Of a stretch of 64,000 nt of DNA, positions 48,471 through 60,931 are shown piece by piece. A model generated the notes under the pieces. It saw only the letters and a list, made by a program, of their open reading frames with translations. It was not told the DNA's origin and did not search any database. The translations under genes were made by a program, and so were the position numbers. This DNA comes from Chiloscyllium plagiosum. Lineage: Eukaryota. The stretch covers positions 38,043,722 to 38,107,721 of the forward strand of contig NC_057719.1 in NCBI RefSeq assembly GCF_004010195.1, in the 5' to 3' direction. The number at the start of each line of letters is the position of its first letter. Within the stretch, counting starts at the first letter, position 1.

Positions 48471-50708
48471 CCACATTCAGTTTTGTACTGAACTGCAATT
48501 ACTGACATGAAGGAAAATTTATTCCTTTGGTGAGCTTTGATTTCATTTTCTCCCATGCAGTAACTGTCTTTTCCATATGTTACTGTTTGCTATGGCATAG
48601 TCACTGATGCTGATTCATTGTCCTTTTGAACATTGCCCATTGAGTGTCGAACATTGTTGCTTTTGATGTTTGAAGATTATATATCGGTGTCTGTTCAGGC
48701 ATCACAGTTGGCTCCACTATTTGTCAATGCTTAATATTCAGATAGAAGTTTCCAGTTGGGATAACAAAACAATCAAATGTAATTTCTGTGCTCCCTAACA
48801 ACTTACATTTATATAGCACAGACATTTCACAATGACAAAGTGATGAAAAAGCCTGGTCAGAGGTACTTTTAGTAGGAGAATGTAGCTTGATAGGTGGTTT
48901 CAAAGCATAGAGCTCAGGCAGCTGAAGGCAACAGTAGAGCAATTAGTCAGGGATGTGATGATGCTTGAGTGGCAATCCCTGTGTAGGGATTTAGAACTGA
49001 GGACGATAGACTCTATGCAATCTCTGTAATGAAGTTGTGGTTGCGCCAGCTAAAATCAGTTCATTCAGCTGTCCATTGTACTTAAGTCAGTTGTGGACTC
49101 TGTCTTTTATTGCTTAGTGCATAAGTTCTTTCAACTATTTCGATTGCCAACCTTAATTTTGATACAAGTGTATGATACAATTACTTTCTAGACTCAAGAA
49201 GTGTAATTTCCTAGGTTAAATGAATGAACGAGCCAAATAAAATGTGTAAAGTTCAAATGGCTTTGTATGGAATTTATTTTGCATTTAGTTTGAAGTTTTA
49301 AAAATTTAGTATAAAACATAGGATCTAATGCATTTGCATTTTTCAGGATTACATTATGGTATCTATGTAACTGTTTTTCCTTGCATATCATTTCAGGTTT
49401 TTTGAGATTAATTTTTTAAAATGATATTCTGACTGCCTTGGTTATATATTTAATAAATGATTCAAAGTAGTGTTCAGTGGATTTGCATAGTGAATATTTG
49501 GGGCATGTAGGAGCCAATAGATGCGGCGAGTCTCGATATTGCTTCATAGATGGTTGCAGTTGGAAAAAGCCTGAGTATTTTCTTCCAGGTTAAATGTGTT
49601 GGTGAGCAGAAACTTTCATGTAACAGTTCACACCACACTCTCTTTTTTGTGATGTTAGATATTTGATTCAATCAATATTCTATCTAACTTCAGAAAAAAA
49701 CGCATTGAACTGTGCTTTAAAAGCCTTTTGCGAAAAGTTAATCATTAATAGAAGTCTGAGTGCATTGAGGGTCCAAACTTCAGATATTTCTTGGGAAGGG
49801 TGAGGGCCAGTTTGGGACTCTGTTCATTGCTGCTGATCTGTGAAAGAGAAGATTGACAGTTTAGCAGAGAATCTAAATTGATGCTTTTGTTTCTATTTTG
49901 TTGATTGTGTTCTAAGCCATGCATTCAAACGTACAGTTAGGACTAGATCTGCGATGAAGAGATGATTTTATTCTAAATGTATGACCAAATGCTTACATTT
50001 GGTCATATGTCTCCAAAGGTATTCAGATAATGGGAGGCAGAGGTGAAAGACGGAAATAGCAATTAGAATTGACTTCAGAAAGGGCTTTCTAAATGAAAAT
50101 ATCCTTGTGTCTGCTGTTTTAATTTTTGAGAGAATATTAAGAGTAATTATAATACTGCATGTAGTATGCCAAATTACTTTGTAAAGTGGAGCAAATGGTA
50201 TAAGGGATGTAGGTTTTTAAGCCCTTAACTTTCAATAATTGGACTAAGAATTGATTGGTAACTAGTAATTTTAACTTACCACGGCAACATTTCTTTAAAT
50301 ACTACATTGAGTTTTGGAATAAAAAGTCTTAAGGTATTAGAAAATTTAGATATATCCATAAACTATTGATTTCTCTTTGTCTTGAGGCCAATATAGGTGC
50401 TGTAGAAAGAGTGCAGGAACATGAAACTGGGTTTAGTTCAGGAATTAAAGGTAAATGGGGAACAAAAATTTTCATTTTGCTTCAAAGGAGAAAATAAACA
50501 TGGAGTGAAAGAAACAAAACACTGTTAGTGTCTTAATTTTCCAAGACTTGGTGACAAATTAAAAATAAGTTAAATAGTTTGTAGAAGTATATGAACTGGG
50601 TCATGGGATACAGTGGAAATAGGTACAAATGTCTGGCTGTCTTTGGATTGTATGAGCATTGTATTAAGACAGCTTTATTTTTGTGACCTATAATGCTGTA
50701 AAAAGCTT

Positions 50709-50755
50709 AGTACGTTTTGAAAAGATTTGTAGCTCAGGTTGAGGTTCTGGAAAAC
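50709..50755 (-). mobile_element. 47-bp PLE-related micro-insertion
   Basis: 13-bp TSD CTGTAAAAAGCTT (50696-50708 / 50756-50768); shares AAGATTTGTAGCTC with the 3465-3671 element. Confidence 0.65.
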
Positions 50756-52669
50756 CTGTAAAAAGCTTGTTTGCAAACTCATTAATTGTACAGTTTATGG
50801 CAGAAGTGAAATTGTGGGGATGAATTTGGCTGGACGAACCAGCTTGATTGAAAAGAAAATGAGTTCTTGTATTTACTGTTGCCATTGTTTGATGTATGAA
50901 AATCAGTTTATATTCTAAAGTTCTGAACAGTAATTGCTGATGGCATTGTTGTAGTTCAGGATGTACAGTAATGTTTAGCTAGTGCTAACCCTCATGGTAG
51001 AAGTCACAAAGTCATGAGTTCAAGCTCATCACTTGTTACATGTATCACTGAAAGAGTTTTGAGTTGTTTGTTATGTAGGTGTGATGTTAAATTTTTAAAG
51101 CCCCATTTACCTATTTCTTTGCCCTATTTTTAAATGGAAATTTTTCTAAAATTCTGCAGATGTCTAGACCTATTCTTCTCTTATACCACAAGAAATAATT
51201 GACTGGTTATTTTTCATTACTGTTTGCGTGTTCTTTGCAGAAGTTGACTGCTTGCTTTGCCCATAAAACAGGATAAAGTTTAACTTTCAAACAATTTAAC
51301 TTGGACCTCATGAAAGGCATGATATTAAAACAAGTTTGTTCTTTGTTTCTATAGTTTTGATGCTCAAGTTGTCTAGAGAGAAATGCAACCTTCTGATGCA
51401 AAATGGTCTGCTTAACACCAATGACTTATGGAATAAGCAAGGTTGAATATTTAGAATTTTAAAATTTTATAAGGTTTGAATTTGTTTCAAAATGTAGGAT
51501 TTGCTATCGAATGGACTTCAATAATAGCAACTTTATGATACAACTTTTAGCATGATAAATTGTTTCACGGTACTTGAGTACTGTAAAATAAAATTAGACA
51601 CTGACCCACATAGGCAATTTTTAAGGCTGCTAACAAAGGTTGTTCAAAAAGGGGAAGAAGGATTTGAAAGAGATGTTTTGAAAAATCTAAATGTTGTTTA
51701 ATGGAACTGTTCTTATATCAGTGTACACAGGATGATACATTTAAGGGTATATGGGACAGAGTTCTGGATGAATTTTAGAGAAGATGGATTGTGAGAGGCC
51801 AGCTGTGAGTGTACTGGCCTGGTCAGGTGTAGGGGTAACAAAGGTATGGATAAAGATTTTAGTAGATGAGTGAAGGATTTAGTTGTTGTTTGGTGCAGAG
51901 ATATAAATAGGCAATCTCGATTTGTGGACCAAGTATGTGATTAGACATTGTTGAGGTGAACAGTTTAGTTGGGAGCAGGGGAACAGAGATTGTCATTGGG
52001 TTCAGTTACGTCAATATTTAATTAAATGAAATTCCTACTTAGCTGTATTGGTTGTTGACCAAGTCGTCTGGTATTTTAGTGTATTGGAGGAATCGAGAAG
52101 TGGTGATGAGGTAGAGTGGGTGCCATCAGTGTGTATGTCAAAACTTGATATTGTTTTCATATGATGTCAATGGAGGCTAGCATTTGGCTGACTACTTGGA
52201 AGCCAGAAGTAAATCTTTGTTCTGCTGTTATTCCCAATGTAAGAGAAGCAATTTCAGGTGATATTCTGACTACAGTTGAATAAATAATGTATCTAGTGAA
52301 TGCTGTCCCACCCATCTGGTGAATAGTGGAGAAATGTTGGTGGAGTTGGAAGTCAGCCACATCAAAGGCAGCAGGCAGAATAAACATTTATGGTAAACAT
52401 TGTCCTCGTCACATAGTGTCTTGGAGAGCAGATTGTGTTGTGGCAAGGGTAGAAACTTGGTTGGGCTTGATGAACTATGAACTTCTGGGATTGATGGACA
52501 TGGATCTGGAAGGTAAAAGCACACTTGAGGACTTTGGGTAGGAATGGGAACAGTAGTTTGTAAGATGACAACTTCAAAGAATGTTTGAGGGGAGTGGCAA
52601 TTGCAGTTTGTGAGAGCTGATCAGGACCTGAAGAGAAGACCATTAACAACAACAGATTACATGAGGGCT

Positions 52670-54860
52670 ACATTTTTTTTGAGGCAGTAATGAGCAAGTT
52701 AGACAAAGGAGAGCCAGTGGATGTGATCTGTTTGGATCTCCAGAAGGCTTTTGACATTGTGCTACATGTGAAGCTGCTGAATAAGATAAGAACCAATGGT
52801 ATTAAGGGCATGATTCTGGCATGGATAGAGGATTGGCTGAGATTCCCCCCCGACGTGGTCGACGATGCCCTCCACCACATCTCTTCCACTTCCCGATCCT
52901 CCGCCCTTGAACCCCGCCCCTCCAACCGCCACCAGGACAGAACCCCACTGGCCCTCACCTACCACCCCACTAACCCCCATGTACAGCGCATCATCCGCCG
53001 CCATTTCCGCCACCTCCAAACGGACCCCACCACCAAGGATATATTTCCCTCCCCTCCCCTACCAGCATTCCGTAAAGACCACTCCCTCCGTGACTCCCCC
53101 GTCAGANNNNNNNNNNNNNNNNNNNNNNNNNNNNNNNNNNNNNNNNNNNNNNNNNNNNNNNNNNNNNNNNNNNNNNNNNNNNNNNNNNNNNNNNNNNNNN
53201 NNNNNNNNNNNNNNNNNNNNNNNNNNNNNNNNNNNNNNNNNNNNNNNNNNNNNNNNNNNNNNNNNNNNNNNNNNNNNNNNNNNNNNNNNNNNNNNNNNNN
53301 NNNNNNNNNNNNNNNNNNNNNNNNNNNNNNNNNNNNNNNNNNNNNNNNNNNNNNNNNNNNNNNNNNNNNNNNNNNNNNNNNNNNNNNNNNNNNNNNNNNN
53401 NNNNNNNNNNNNNNNNNNNNNNNNNGTCTGACCTATCACCCTCACCTTGTCCTCTTTCCACCTATCACATTTCCGACGCCCCTCCCCCAAGTCCCTCCTC
53501 CCTATCTTTTATCTTAGCCTGCTGGACCAACTTTCCTCATTCCTGAAGAAGGGCTAATGCCCGAAACGTCGATTCTCCTGTTCCCTAGATGCTGCCTGAC
53601 CTGCGCTTTTCCAGCAACACATTTCCATAATAGAATACAGAGTAGGGTAAAGGGATCTTTTTCAGATGGCAGCTGGTGACTAGTGAGGTTTGTAGGGTTG
53701 TTGTTGGGACTTCATTTTATATATTCACAAACTGGATGAAATAACTGAGGGGCATTGTTGCTAAGTTTACAGGTGGATGGAGTGACAGGTCGTGGTGAAT
53801 AAGCAGGAAGGCTACAGAAAGACTTTGATCAGTTAGAAGGGTGGGCAAAGAAGTGACGGAATCTGATATGGGAAAGTGAGATGATTCACGTTTGTAGAAA
53901 GAATAGATGCATAGACTATTTTCTAAATGGGAAAGGTTTCGCACAAGAGGACTTGGGAGCCCTGGTTTAGGATCCTTTTAAGGTTAATGGGGTTAAAGTG
54001 GCAGTTAGGAAGGCAAATGTTAACATTTATTTTGATAATGCTAAAATACAAAAGCAGCCATGTATTGCTAAGTCTATATAAAGCTCTGGTCAGACCGCAT
54101 TTGGAATATTGTGAGCAGTTTTGAGTCCATATCTAAGGAAGGATGTTTTGGCATTGGAGGGGGTCCAGAGGAGGTTTGGAAGAATAATCCCAGGTATGAA
54201 GAGCTTGTCAAATAAGCAGTTGAGGATTCTGGGTAAATATTTAGTAAGAGTTTAGAAAGATGGTGGAATCTCATTGAAACTACAGAATATTCGAGGGCCT
54301 GAGAGTGGACATGGAGAAGATGTTTCCACTAGAGAGACGAGGACCAAGGGAACAGCGCCAGGGTGAAGAGATGAGTAGGAATTTCTTCAGCCAGAGGGAG
54401 TTGAATCATAGAGTCATAGAAATGTACCATAAGGAAACAGACCCTTCAATCCAACTTGTCCATGCCGACTGGCTATCCCAACCCAATCTTGTAGTACCTG
54501 GCCCATATCCCTCCAAACCCTTCCTGTTCATATACTCATCCAGATGCCTTTTAAATGTTGCAATTGTAGTAGCCTCCATCACTTCCTCTGGCAGCTCATT
54601 CCATACACGTACCACTCTGTGTGAAAAAGTGGTCTTTTTTAATATCTTTTCCATCTCATCCTAAACCTATGCCCTCTAGTGGTGGACTCGCGCACCCCAG
54701 GGAAAAGACTTAATCTATTTATCTTATCCACGCCCCTCATGATTTTATAAACCTCTAAGGTCATCCCTCAGCCTCTGCTAGAATCCGTGGAATGTATTGC
54801 TCCAGAGAGGGACATATCAGCCATGATCAAATGGTGGGACAGACTCAATAGGTGGGAAAG
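52670..54860 (+). mobile_element. CR1 RT to 3' end, with nested PLE (52841-53626) and opposite-strand CR1 (54405-54776)
   Basis: LDLQKAFD..WIEDWL before the PLE; the RT continues after 53627 (LVRPHLEYC). Confidence 0.85.
52841..53626 (+). mobile_element. Penelope-like element (Neptune-type RT-to-GIY-YIG linker, gap, 3' UTR with hammerhead)
   Basis: PLALTYHP...IIRRHFRHLQTDP..KDIFPSPPLPAFRKDHSLRD, then ATTCCTGAAGAAGGGCTAATGCCCGAAACGTC at 53539-53570 followed by the family A arm sequence. Confidence 0.85.
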
Positions 54861-54989
54861 CTTTGTTATGGAAATTGTGTAGTCAACATTGTAATTAGTG
54901 TTGAGATGATGGACGTGAGAGATAAGAGCCTAAAGGACCCCGATGGAAATGGCAGATATAACTGAGTGACTTCTGTAATTGATTTTAAC

Positions 54990-55095
54990 CAATTCTGAAG
55001 AAGAGTCACAACAGACTGAACATCAACAGTTCCTCTGTCCACAGATGACGCCAAACCTGCCAAGTTTCTTTAGTATTCTGTTATTTTTGTTGTTT
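54990..55095 (+). mobile_element. PLE-end family B-like fragment, degenerate hammerhead
   Basis: CTGAAGA-AG-AGTC-ACAACA-GACT-GAA followed by an arm-like sequence. Confidence 0.5.
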
Positions 55096-55164
55096 CGTTT
55101 ACTTTGTTCAGTTAGTAATCTAGCAAAATGGGCACTGTATTCCAGTAAATAGTTTATTTTAATT

Positions 55165-55650
55165 TAGGCTTGTTTCTCCGGCTCTTTATCTGTTGGTACT
55201 ATGATTATGTTCTTGTCTTTTTTGTGTGTTAAGGCCTTCTCTCTCTTTTGGTGTTGAGATTGTTTATTTTGCCTTTTCTTTGGTAAGGGTACAGTGCTTT
55301 GTCTGACTGCTTGCTCTGTCTCTTCAGTTAGTCCATTAGCTCTGAGTGTACATTCTAGTGCAGCTAGGAACTCCATAGTTGAGTCCCTTGGCTGGTCTGG
55401 CTTTTTCTGTGCCTGTAAGCTGCCTTTTGGAGAGGTTTCTTACCTAGATGTCTGTCGTGTTGTCTTGTCTGCTGTTGGTTAGCTTAGTCACCTTGTCTTG
55501 TGGTGCCGTTCTTTATCTGAATGTCATTCTGTTCTGTCCTATGGTGATGGTCTGTTCGATTGCTGCGGTCCACTTTAGGTTTGTTTTTGTCCCGCAAGGA
55601 AAAATAAATTATGATATCCCCTTGCTGCCTTGGTGATCCTGCTTTTGTCT
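55165..55650 (-). mobile_element. PLE ORF N-terminal fragment
   Basis: EFLAALE...REKAL..KKDKNIIIVPTDK, resembling the PLE pre-RT motif E..AL..LK.D..I.I.PADKG. Confidence 0.65.
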
Positions 55651-55719
55651 AATCTGACTCATCTGAGTCAGACACTCTGTTCTGAGGCAAGCCAGTGATG
55701 TATTTGTTGAATGAAATTA

Positions 55720-56775
55720 GGAATCAAAATTTACAGGAGACATTAACAGAATTAAAGGCCACCAAACCCAGGAGACATTGTCGGTGGAGAGTTGTTTTTT
55801 GGACTGGAAACCTGTGACCAGCAGTGTTTCACCTCGATTATCTGAACGACACGAGAGCGGAGTATTTTGTTTGGATAATTGAATGCTGGATAACAGTCTA
55901 GCCAAGCATTGGGACTTTGCAATCTTATCCAGATAATCCAGGTTCCTCTGTATATAAACTATTTGGATGAGCGTTTAGAAGTTGTGGTTAGTAAGTTTGC
56001 AGATGACACCAAAATTGGTGGCATAGTGGATTTTGAAGAAAATTATCTAAGATTACAAAGGGATCTTTATCAATTTGGTCAATGGGCTGAGGAGTGGCAG
56101 ATAGAATTTAATTTGGAAAGATGTGAGGTATTGCATTCTGGTAAAACAAACGAGGGCAGGACTTATACAATTATTGGTAGGATACTCGGTAATGTTGTAG
56201 AATGGAAAAACCTCATGGTTCAGATACATATATTGTTGAAATTTGTCAAGTAGACAGGGTGGTTAGGAAAGCATTTAGCATGCTTGCCTTCGTTGCTTAG
56301 GCCTTTGAGTGTAAGAGATGGGATGTCATGTACAGAATGTTAGTGAGTCCTCTTCTGTATGCAGTTCTGGTCACCCTGCTATAGGAAGGATACTATTAAA
56401 TTGGAGAGGGTTAAGAAAAGTTTTACCAGGATTATATTGGGACTGGTAAGGAGGGGCTAAATAGGTCGGAGGTTGAAGGATGACCTTAGCGGTTTATAAA
56501 ATCATGAGGGATGTAGATAAGCTGGATAGTAAGGGTCATTTCCCTAGGGTGGGTGAGTTCAAAACTAGGGAGCATATTTTTAAAGTAAGAGGGGAAAGAT
56601 CTACAAAGGACATGTGGAGTGAGTAGAATGAACTGCTAGAGAAAGTGTTGGATGCAAGTACATTTTAAAAGACATTTGAATAGGAAAGGATATGGGTCAA
56701 ACACAAACAATTAGTTTAGTTTGGAAATGTGGGCTAGTTGAACTGAAAGGTCTGTTTTCATGCTGCATGACTTCA
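55720..56775 (+). mobile_element. CR1 RT to tail, decayed
   Basis: YINYLD..VSKFADDTK motif. Confidence 0.85.
55831..55950. mobile_element. Short Tigger/pogo-like MITE (left tip deleted)
   Basis: ACCTCGATTATCTG...CAGATAATCCAGGTTCCTCTG|TA; same TIR family as 59096-59915. Confidence 0.7.
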
Positions 56776-59095
56776 TTTTCTAGGTTCTAAAATGGTAGGT
56801 GCATCAGCGATTTTTTTTTTTATTTTCAGAATCTACAGCCTTTTGGAATAATGCTATGGAAGGCAGCAAATGTAGCTGCTGTTTTAAAATTGGGGCAAGA
56901 GCAAGTGGGGTCTATCCCAGTTAAGCTCAAATCCAAACAATCAGTGAATTGTTGAATTCTTTAAGGATATGGTGTTTGTATTTAAAAAGTCAAAATCATT
57001 TGTCAGAGATGAAAGGGAGGCAAGTGGTGCTTTATGAATTCATTAAAGTTTTATTTTTGAGGATGTCTGGCAGGGTGGCTGAAAGGGAAGCAGTGGATGT
57101 TGAATATTTACATTCTTGAAGGATATTCAGTAAGATAGCGTAATGCCAGGATGTTGCATAAAATGAAAGCTCCAGGATTAAGGGGGTGACATTAGCCTGG
57201 ATAGAGGATTAATTGAAGAATATTAAACAATAGGAATACACTTGAGAATTTTCAGTTTGGCAGGCTGCTAATATCAAGTTACTGCAAGGATCCACGTTGG
57301 CCCCACATCTGTTCACAATTGACCTGGGATAGCAAGTAAGATATGAGTTTAATAATACTAAGTTAGGTGGGAAAGTAAGCCATTGAGGGGACAACGTCTG
57401 CAAATAGATACAGAATGGCAAAGTAGCACATTGAGTAGAATGTGAGGAACAAGAAGATCATTTTTTTTTTGATTATGTTGGTATTTAGAGGGACTTGGGT
57501 GTCCTTATCCACAAGAGTTAATGCAAATGAGTTAATGAGATAAATACTGCACATGCTGAAAATCTAAATGGAAACAGAAGATGCTGTAAGTGCTCAAAAG
57601 GTGTGGCACTATTTGTGGTGAAACCGTTAACATTTTGGGTCTGTGACCTTCCATGATGGCAAAGCAGAACGTTTAAATATACAGGTAGAAAAGCAACTCT
57701 GAAGTCAGTTGGTATTTTGGCCTTTTATTGTAAGTACACTGGAGTAGAAAAGCTAACAAATATTGCTGAAATTTACAAGGCCAGGAGTATGGAGTGCAGT
57801 TTTGATCCCTGACCCTAAGAGAGGATACTTTTAACCTGTGGGTGCTAGAAGATTCACTAGATACATTTCTGGACTGAAATGCTTTCCTTTTGAGGAGAAA
57901 GTGAGTATGAGGTTCACACATGTGAGATTGTGGGGATTTGATGGTTGATGCTGAGACAGTGTTTCCCTGGCTAGAAAATCAAGAACTAGGAGACAGTTAC
58001 CATTTTAGTTTGATTGTCTTTATTTTTTTAATTGAAACCTAGCCTAATGAATTGAAGATGCTGTAAATGACACAATTAAATTGAGTATCTTCATAAACTG
58101 TGAATTAGATGATTGGCTCCCTATATTTTGAATTTCCTCCCTAAACTCTTTGTCTATCCTTTTTTAAAATGGTGTCATTAAAACCTACTTTATTTACATA
58201 TTTTCAAGTCACTTTTTACAATATTTGGCTGTGTGCCTCTACTTAACTTCTGAGTACCACTTTGGGTCGTTTCTTTATACATATATCATAAACTTGTATG
58301 AAATAAGTGGCTTTTGCACCATATAATTAAGAGCATTCATAACCCTTGAAAATATTTTCCAACCAAATTTCTCTGTGTAATTCCTGAGCCCGTGTATTAT
58401 TTAACTTTTCTATTATCTGCTTCTATTAGGAAGGTCTGTTCATGATAGGTCATCAATATGAGCTGTTAACTCTATTTCTCTCTCCACACCTTTCTGGCCT
58501 CTATTACTAATGGCACTTTCAGATTTCACATTTTGTTTTGTTATTCTATGTAATATAACATCATTGTCAAAAATCACACGACACCAGGTTGTAGTCCAAC
58601 AGGCTTATTTGAAACCGCAAGCTTTTGGAGCTCCCTTGCCTTCACCTGGCAGCTAGTGAGAGAGAATACACCGGATGCAGAATTTATAGTAAAAGATCAA
58701 GGGTGATACACCTTAGTGAATGTATTGAACAAATCTAAATGGCTATTAAATCTTTAATCAGTTAGAATGGAGGTGCAGGTTTTGATTAATTAGCATTAAA
58801 ATCCAAGAATTTCTTTCAAGTTACTGCCCCCAAGATAACTTCAGGTTTTATCAGAATAAAGATGACACCTCAGGTCAGATTATACATTTTAGGTGTGAGG
58901 TCATGTTTCAAGTCTGTTTGTATCTTAACCTGGAACCAGACAGGTGTTATTTCCAAAGTAGGAATTTGTAAAATGCCACATTGACTGTCTACAGATTTTT
59001 GAACAAAATATCTGAAAATGCACACTCACCCCATAGATTTATAGGTATGTGTGCGCGTGTGCACAAAGGTGTGTGCACATGTGTGTGAGAATGTA

Positions 59096-59915
59096 CAGGG
59101 GAACCTTGATTATTCAAACGAGATGGGTGGGCACTATTTCATTTGGATAATCGATTATTTGGTTAATTGATTAAATGCCTTTCCGTGGGGCTCAGTCTTT
59201 AAAGTCTGCTCCCCATTCAGGAGACTGCAGTAGAACACAGCACGCGGGCTCCCACCCGCCGCACAAACTCCTTCCAACATCACCTGCCCCCCAATCCGTT
59301 CCAACACCACCCCTGGCCCCCCAAACACAAAGCGTGTGAGCTCCTGCCCCCAACACTGCCCCCACCGCACTGCCCATCCCAACCCTGCCCAATACCACCT
59401 CCNNNNNNNNNNNNACCCAATACCACCCCCCCCCCCAAAAAAACCCAGTCCAAAACCGTCACCTGCCCCTTTACTCCATCCAACATTATCGCACCCCCTA
59501 ACCGCACCCAACATCGCGCCTCCGTCTGCCCCGCCCCCTTTCCGGGGCAGCCAACTGTACACCGACAACAAGATTGCTGCTGCAGCAGCTGCCTTTGTGG
59601 GGTAAGTCTCCGAATAACGCGCATGCACACAATGTTTTGCTGCAACCTTTTGACAGGTTCCACGTTTGCCCTGTACAGGACAATGTTGAAGAGATTATCT
59701 GGGGAAGGGGGCGAGTTTAGGGTACACCCCTCCTGTAGAACTCCAGGGGAGGTCTGGGGAGAGAGGGCAGGAGGTCAGTTATTTGGAGACAGTGCCTGTT
59801 TAATCACTGTAAACAAAATACGCGATCACTGTTGGAAACACGTCTTTAATGTTTCTATCAGGACCAAGAGATCTCCTTCGAATAATCAGATTTTCAGATA
59901 ATCGAGGTTCCTCTG
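59096..59915. mobile_element. Non-autonomous Tc1/mariner-superfamily (Tigger/pogo-like) DNA transposon
   Basis: TA|CAGGGGAACCTTGATTAT ... ATAATCGAGGTTCCTCTG|TA: 18-bp imperfect TIR with TA TSD; no transposase ORF. Confidence 0.88.
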
Positions 59916-60307
59916 TATAGTGTGGTGGTCCCACCTGTAGTGGGACATGAACCACAAACTTGGTTGTGGCTACCCTCGTGGGTAATGAACTCTGCATTGT
60001 TGCGTGTCCCAAAGTCTGCTTTGGAGGACATTTATTAAAAGATCTGAGGCCTAATGCTGACTTTGAAGTACTCCCCCACTAGGAGGAAGCAAGCATTGCA
60101 TATTGGCAGACACTGACAATGGATGAACGGACACCACATAACAGTCACCAGGCAGGGATGTTTCCTCCTAGTGTGGGAGCACTTCAGCAGTCAAGGGCAT
60201 TCAGCCTCTGATGTTTGGGTGAGCGCCTTGATTTGATAGCCATGTTTGGTACCCATGAGGACAGTCTCAACTGGGATCTTGGGTTCATGTCACACTACAG
60301 GTGACCC

Positions 60308-60508
60308 CACTACACTATACACTCTCATTCACACATTCCTACACATGGACGCATACTTTCTCACATAAACACACCTTGACATGGATCCTCTTTCATACAC
60401 GCACTCTCACTCTCACTCTCACTTTCATATTTGTTTACTCCATCACACACACTCACTCCCTCCCAAGTGTGCGCCACACTCGTACTCTCTCCTGCACGTG
60501 CGCACACA
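60308..60508 (+). repeat. Degenerate (CA)/(CT) microsatellite within the PLE 3' UTR
   Basis: CACA/CTCA-rich tract; mirror (TG)n remnant at 59046-59090. Confidence 0.8.
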
Positions 60509-60931
60509 AATCTATGGGTTAATTTGCATGTGTGGATCTGTATTTGTCGATACATTCTATTTTGTTTAAAAAGCACACAATCTGTTGACAGTCAGTGGCA
60601 ATTTATAAATTCCTACTTTGGAAATAACACCTGCCTGGCTCCAGGGTGACGGTATTAGGCAAGACTTGAAACATGGCCTCACATCTAAAATGCATTGTCT
60701 GACCTGAGGTGTGTTCTTTCTTCTGATAAAACCTGGAGTCATCTTGCGGCAGGGGTTTACATCTTAATGAATGGAAACCTGCATTTCCATTCTAACTGAT
60801 TAAAGACTTAATAGCCATCTAGGTTTGTTCAATACATTGGCATGGGCTGTATGACACTTTTGATCTTTTACTGAACTTCTATGTCCAATGCATTCTCTCT
60901 CAATATCTGCTTGAGTAAGCAGCAGAGCTCC

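Larger units (their letters stand above)
58564..60931. mobile_element. Large inverted PLE structure (family D): GIY-YIG C-terminus + 3' UTR in both orientations
   Basis: 58721-58771 is the near reverse complement of 60786-60836, 58947-58979 of 60595-60627, and 60065-60091 of 60159-60186. Plus strand reads MNGHHIT..RQGCFLLVWEHFSSQGHSASD and LN.DLGFMSHY. Confidence 0.8.

Noticed and set aside
52690..53517. 275-aa ORF as a novel gene
   Set aside because: It is a chance in-frame fusion of CR1 RT and a PLE fragment, extended through N bases.
59155..59690. GC-rich ORFs or a second CpG-island promoter
   Set aside because: Entirely inside the TIR-bounded MITE, low complexity, and containing an N gap.
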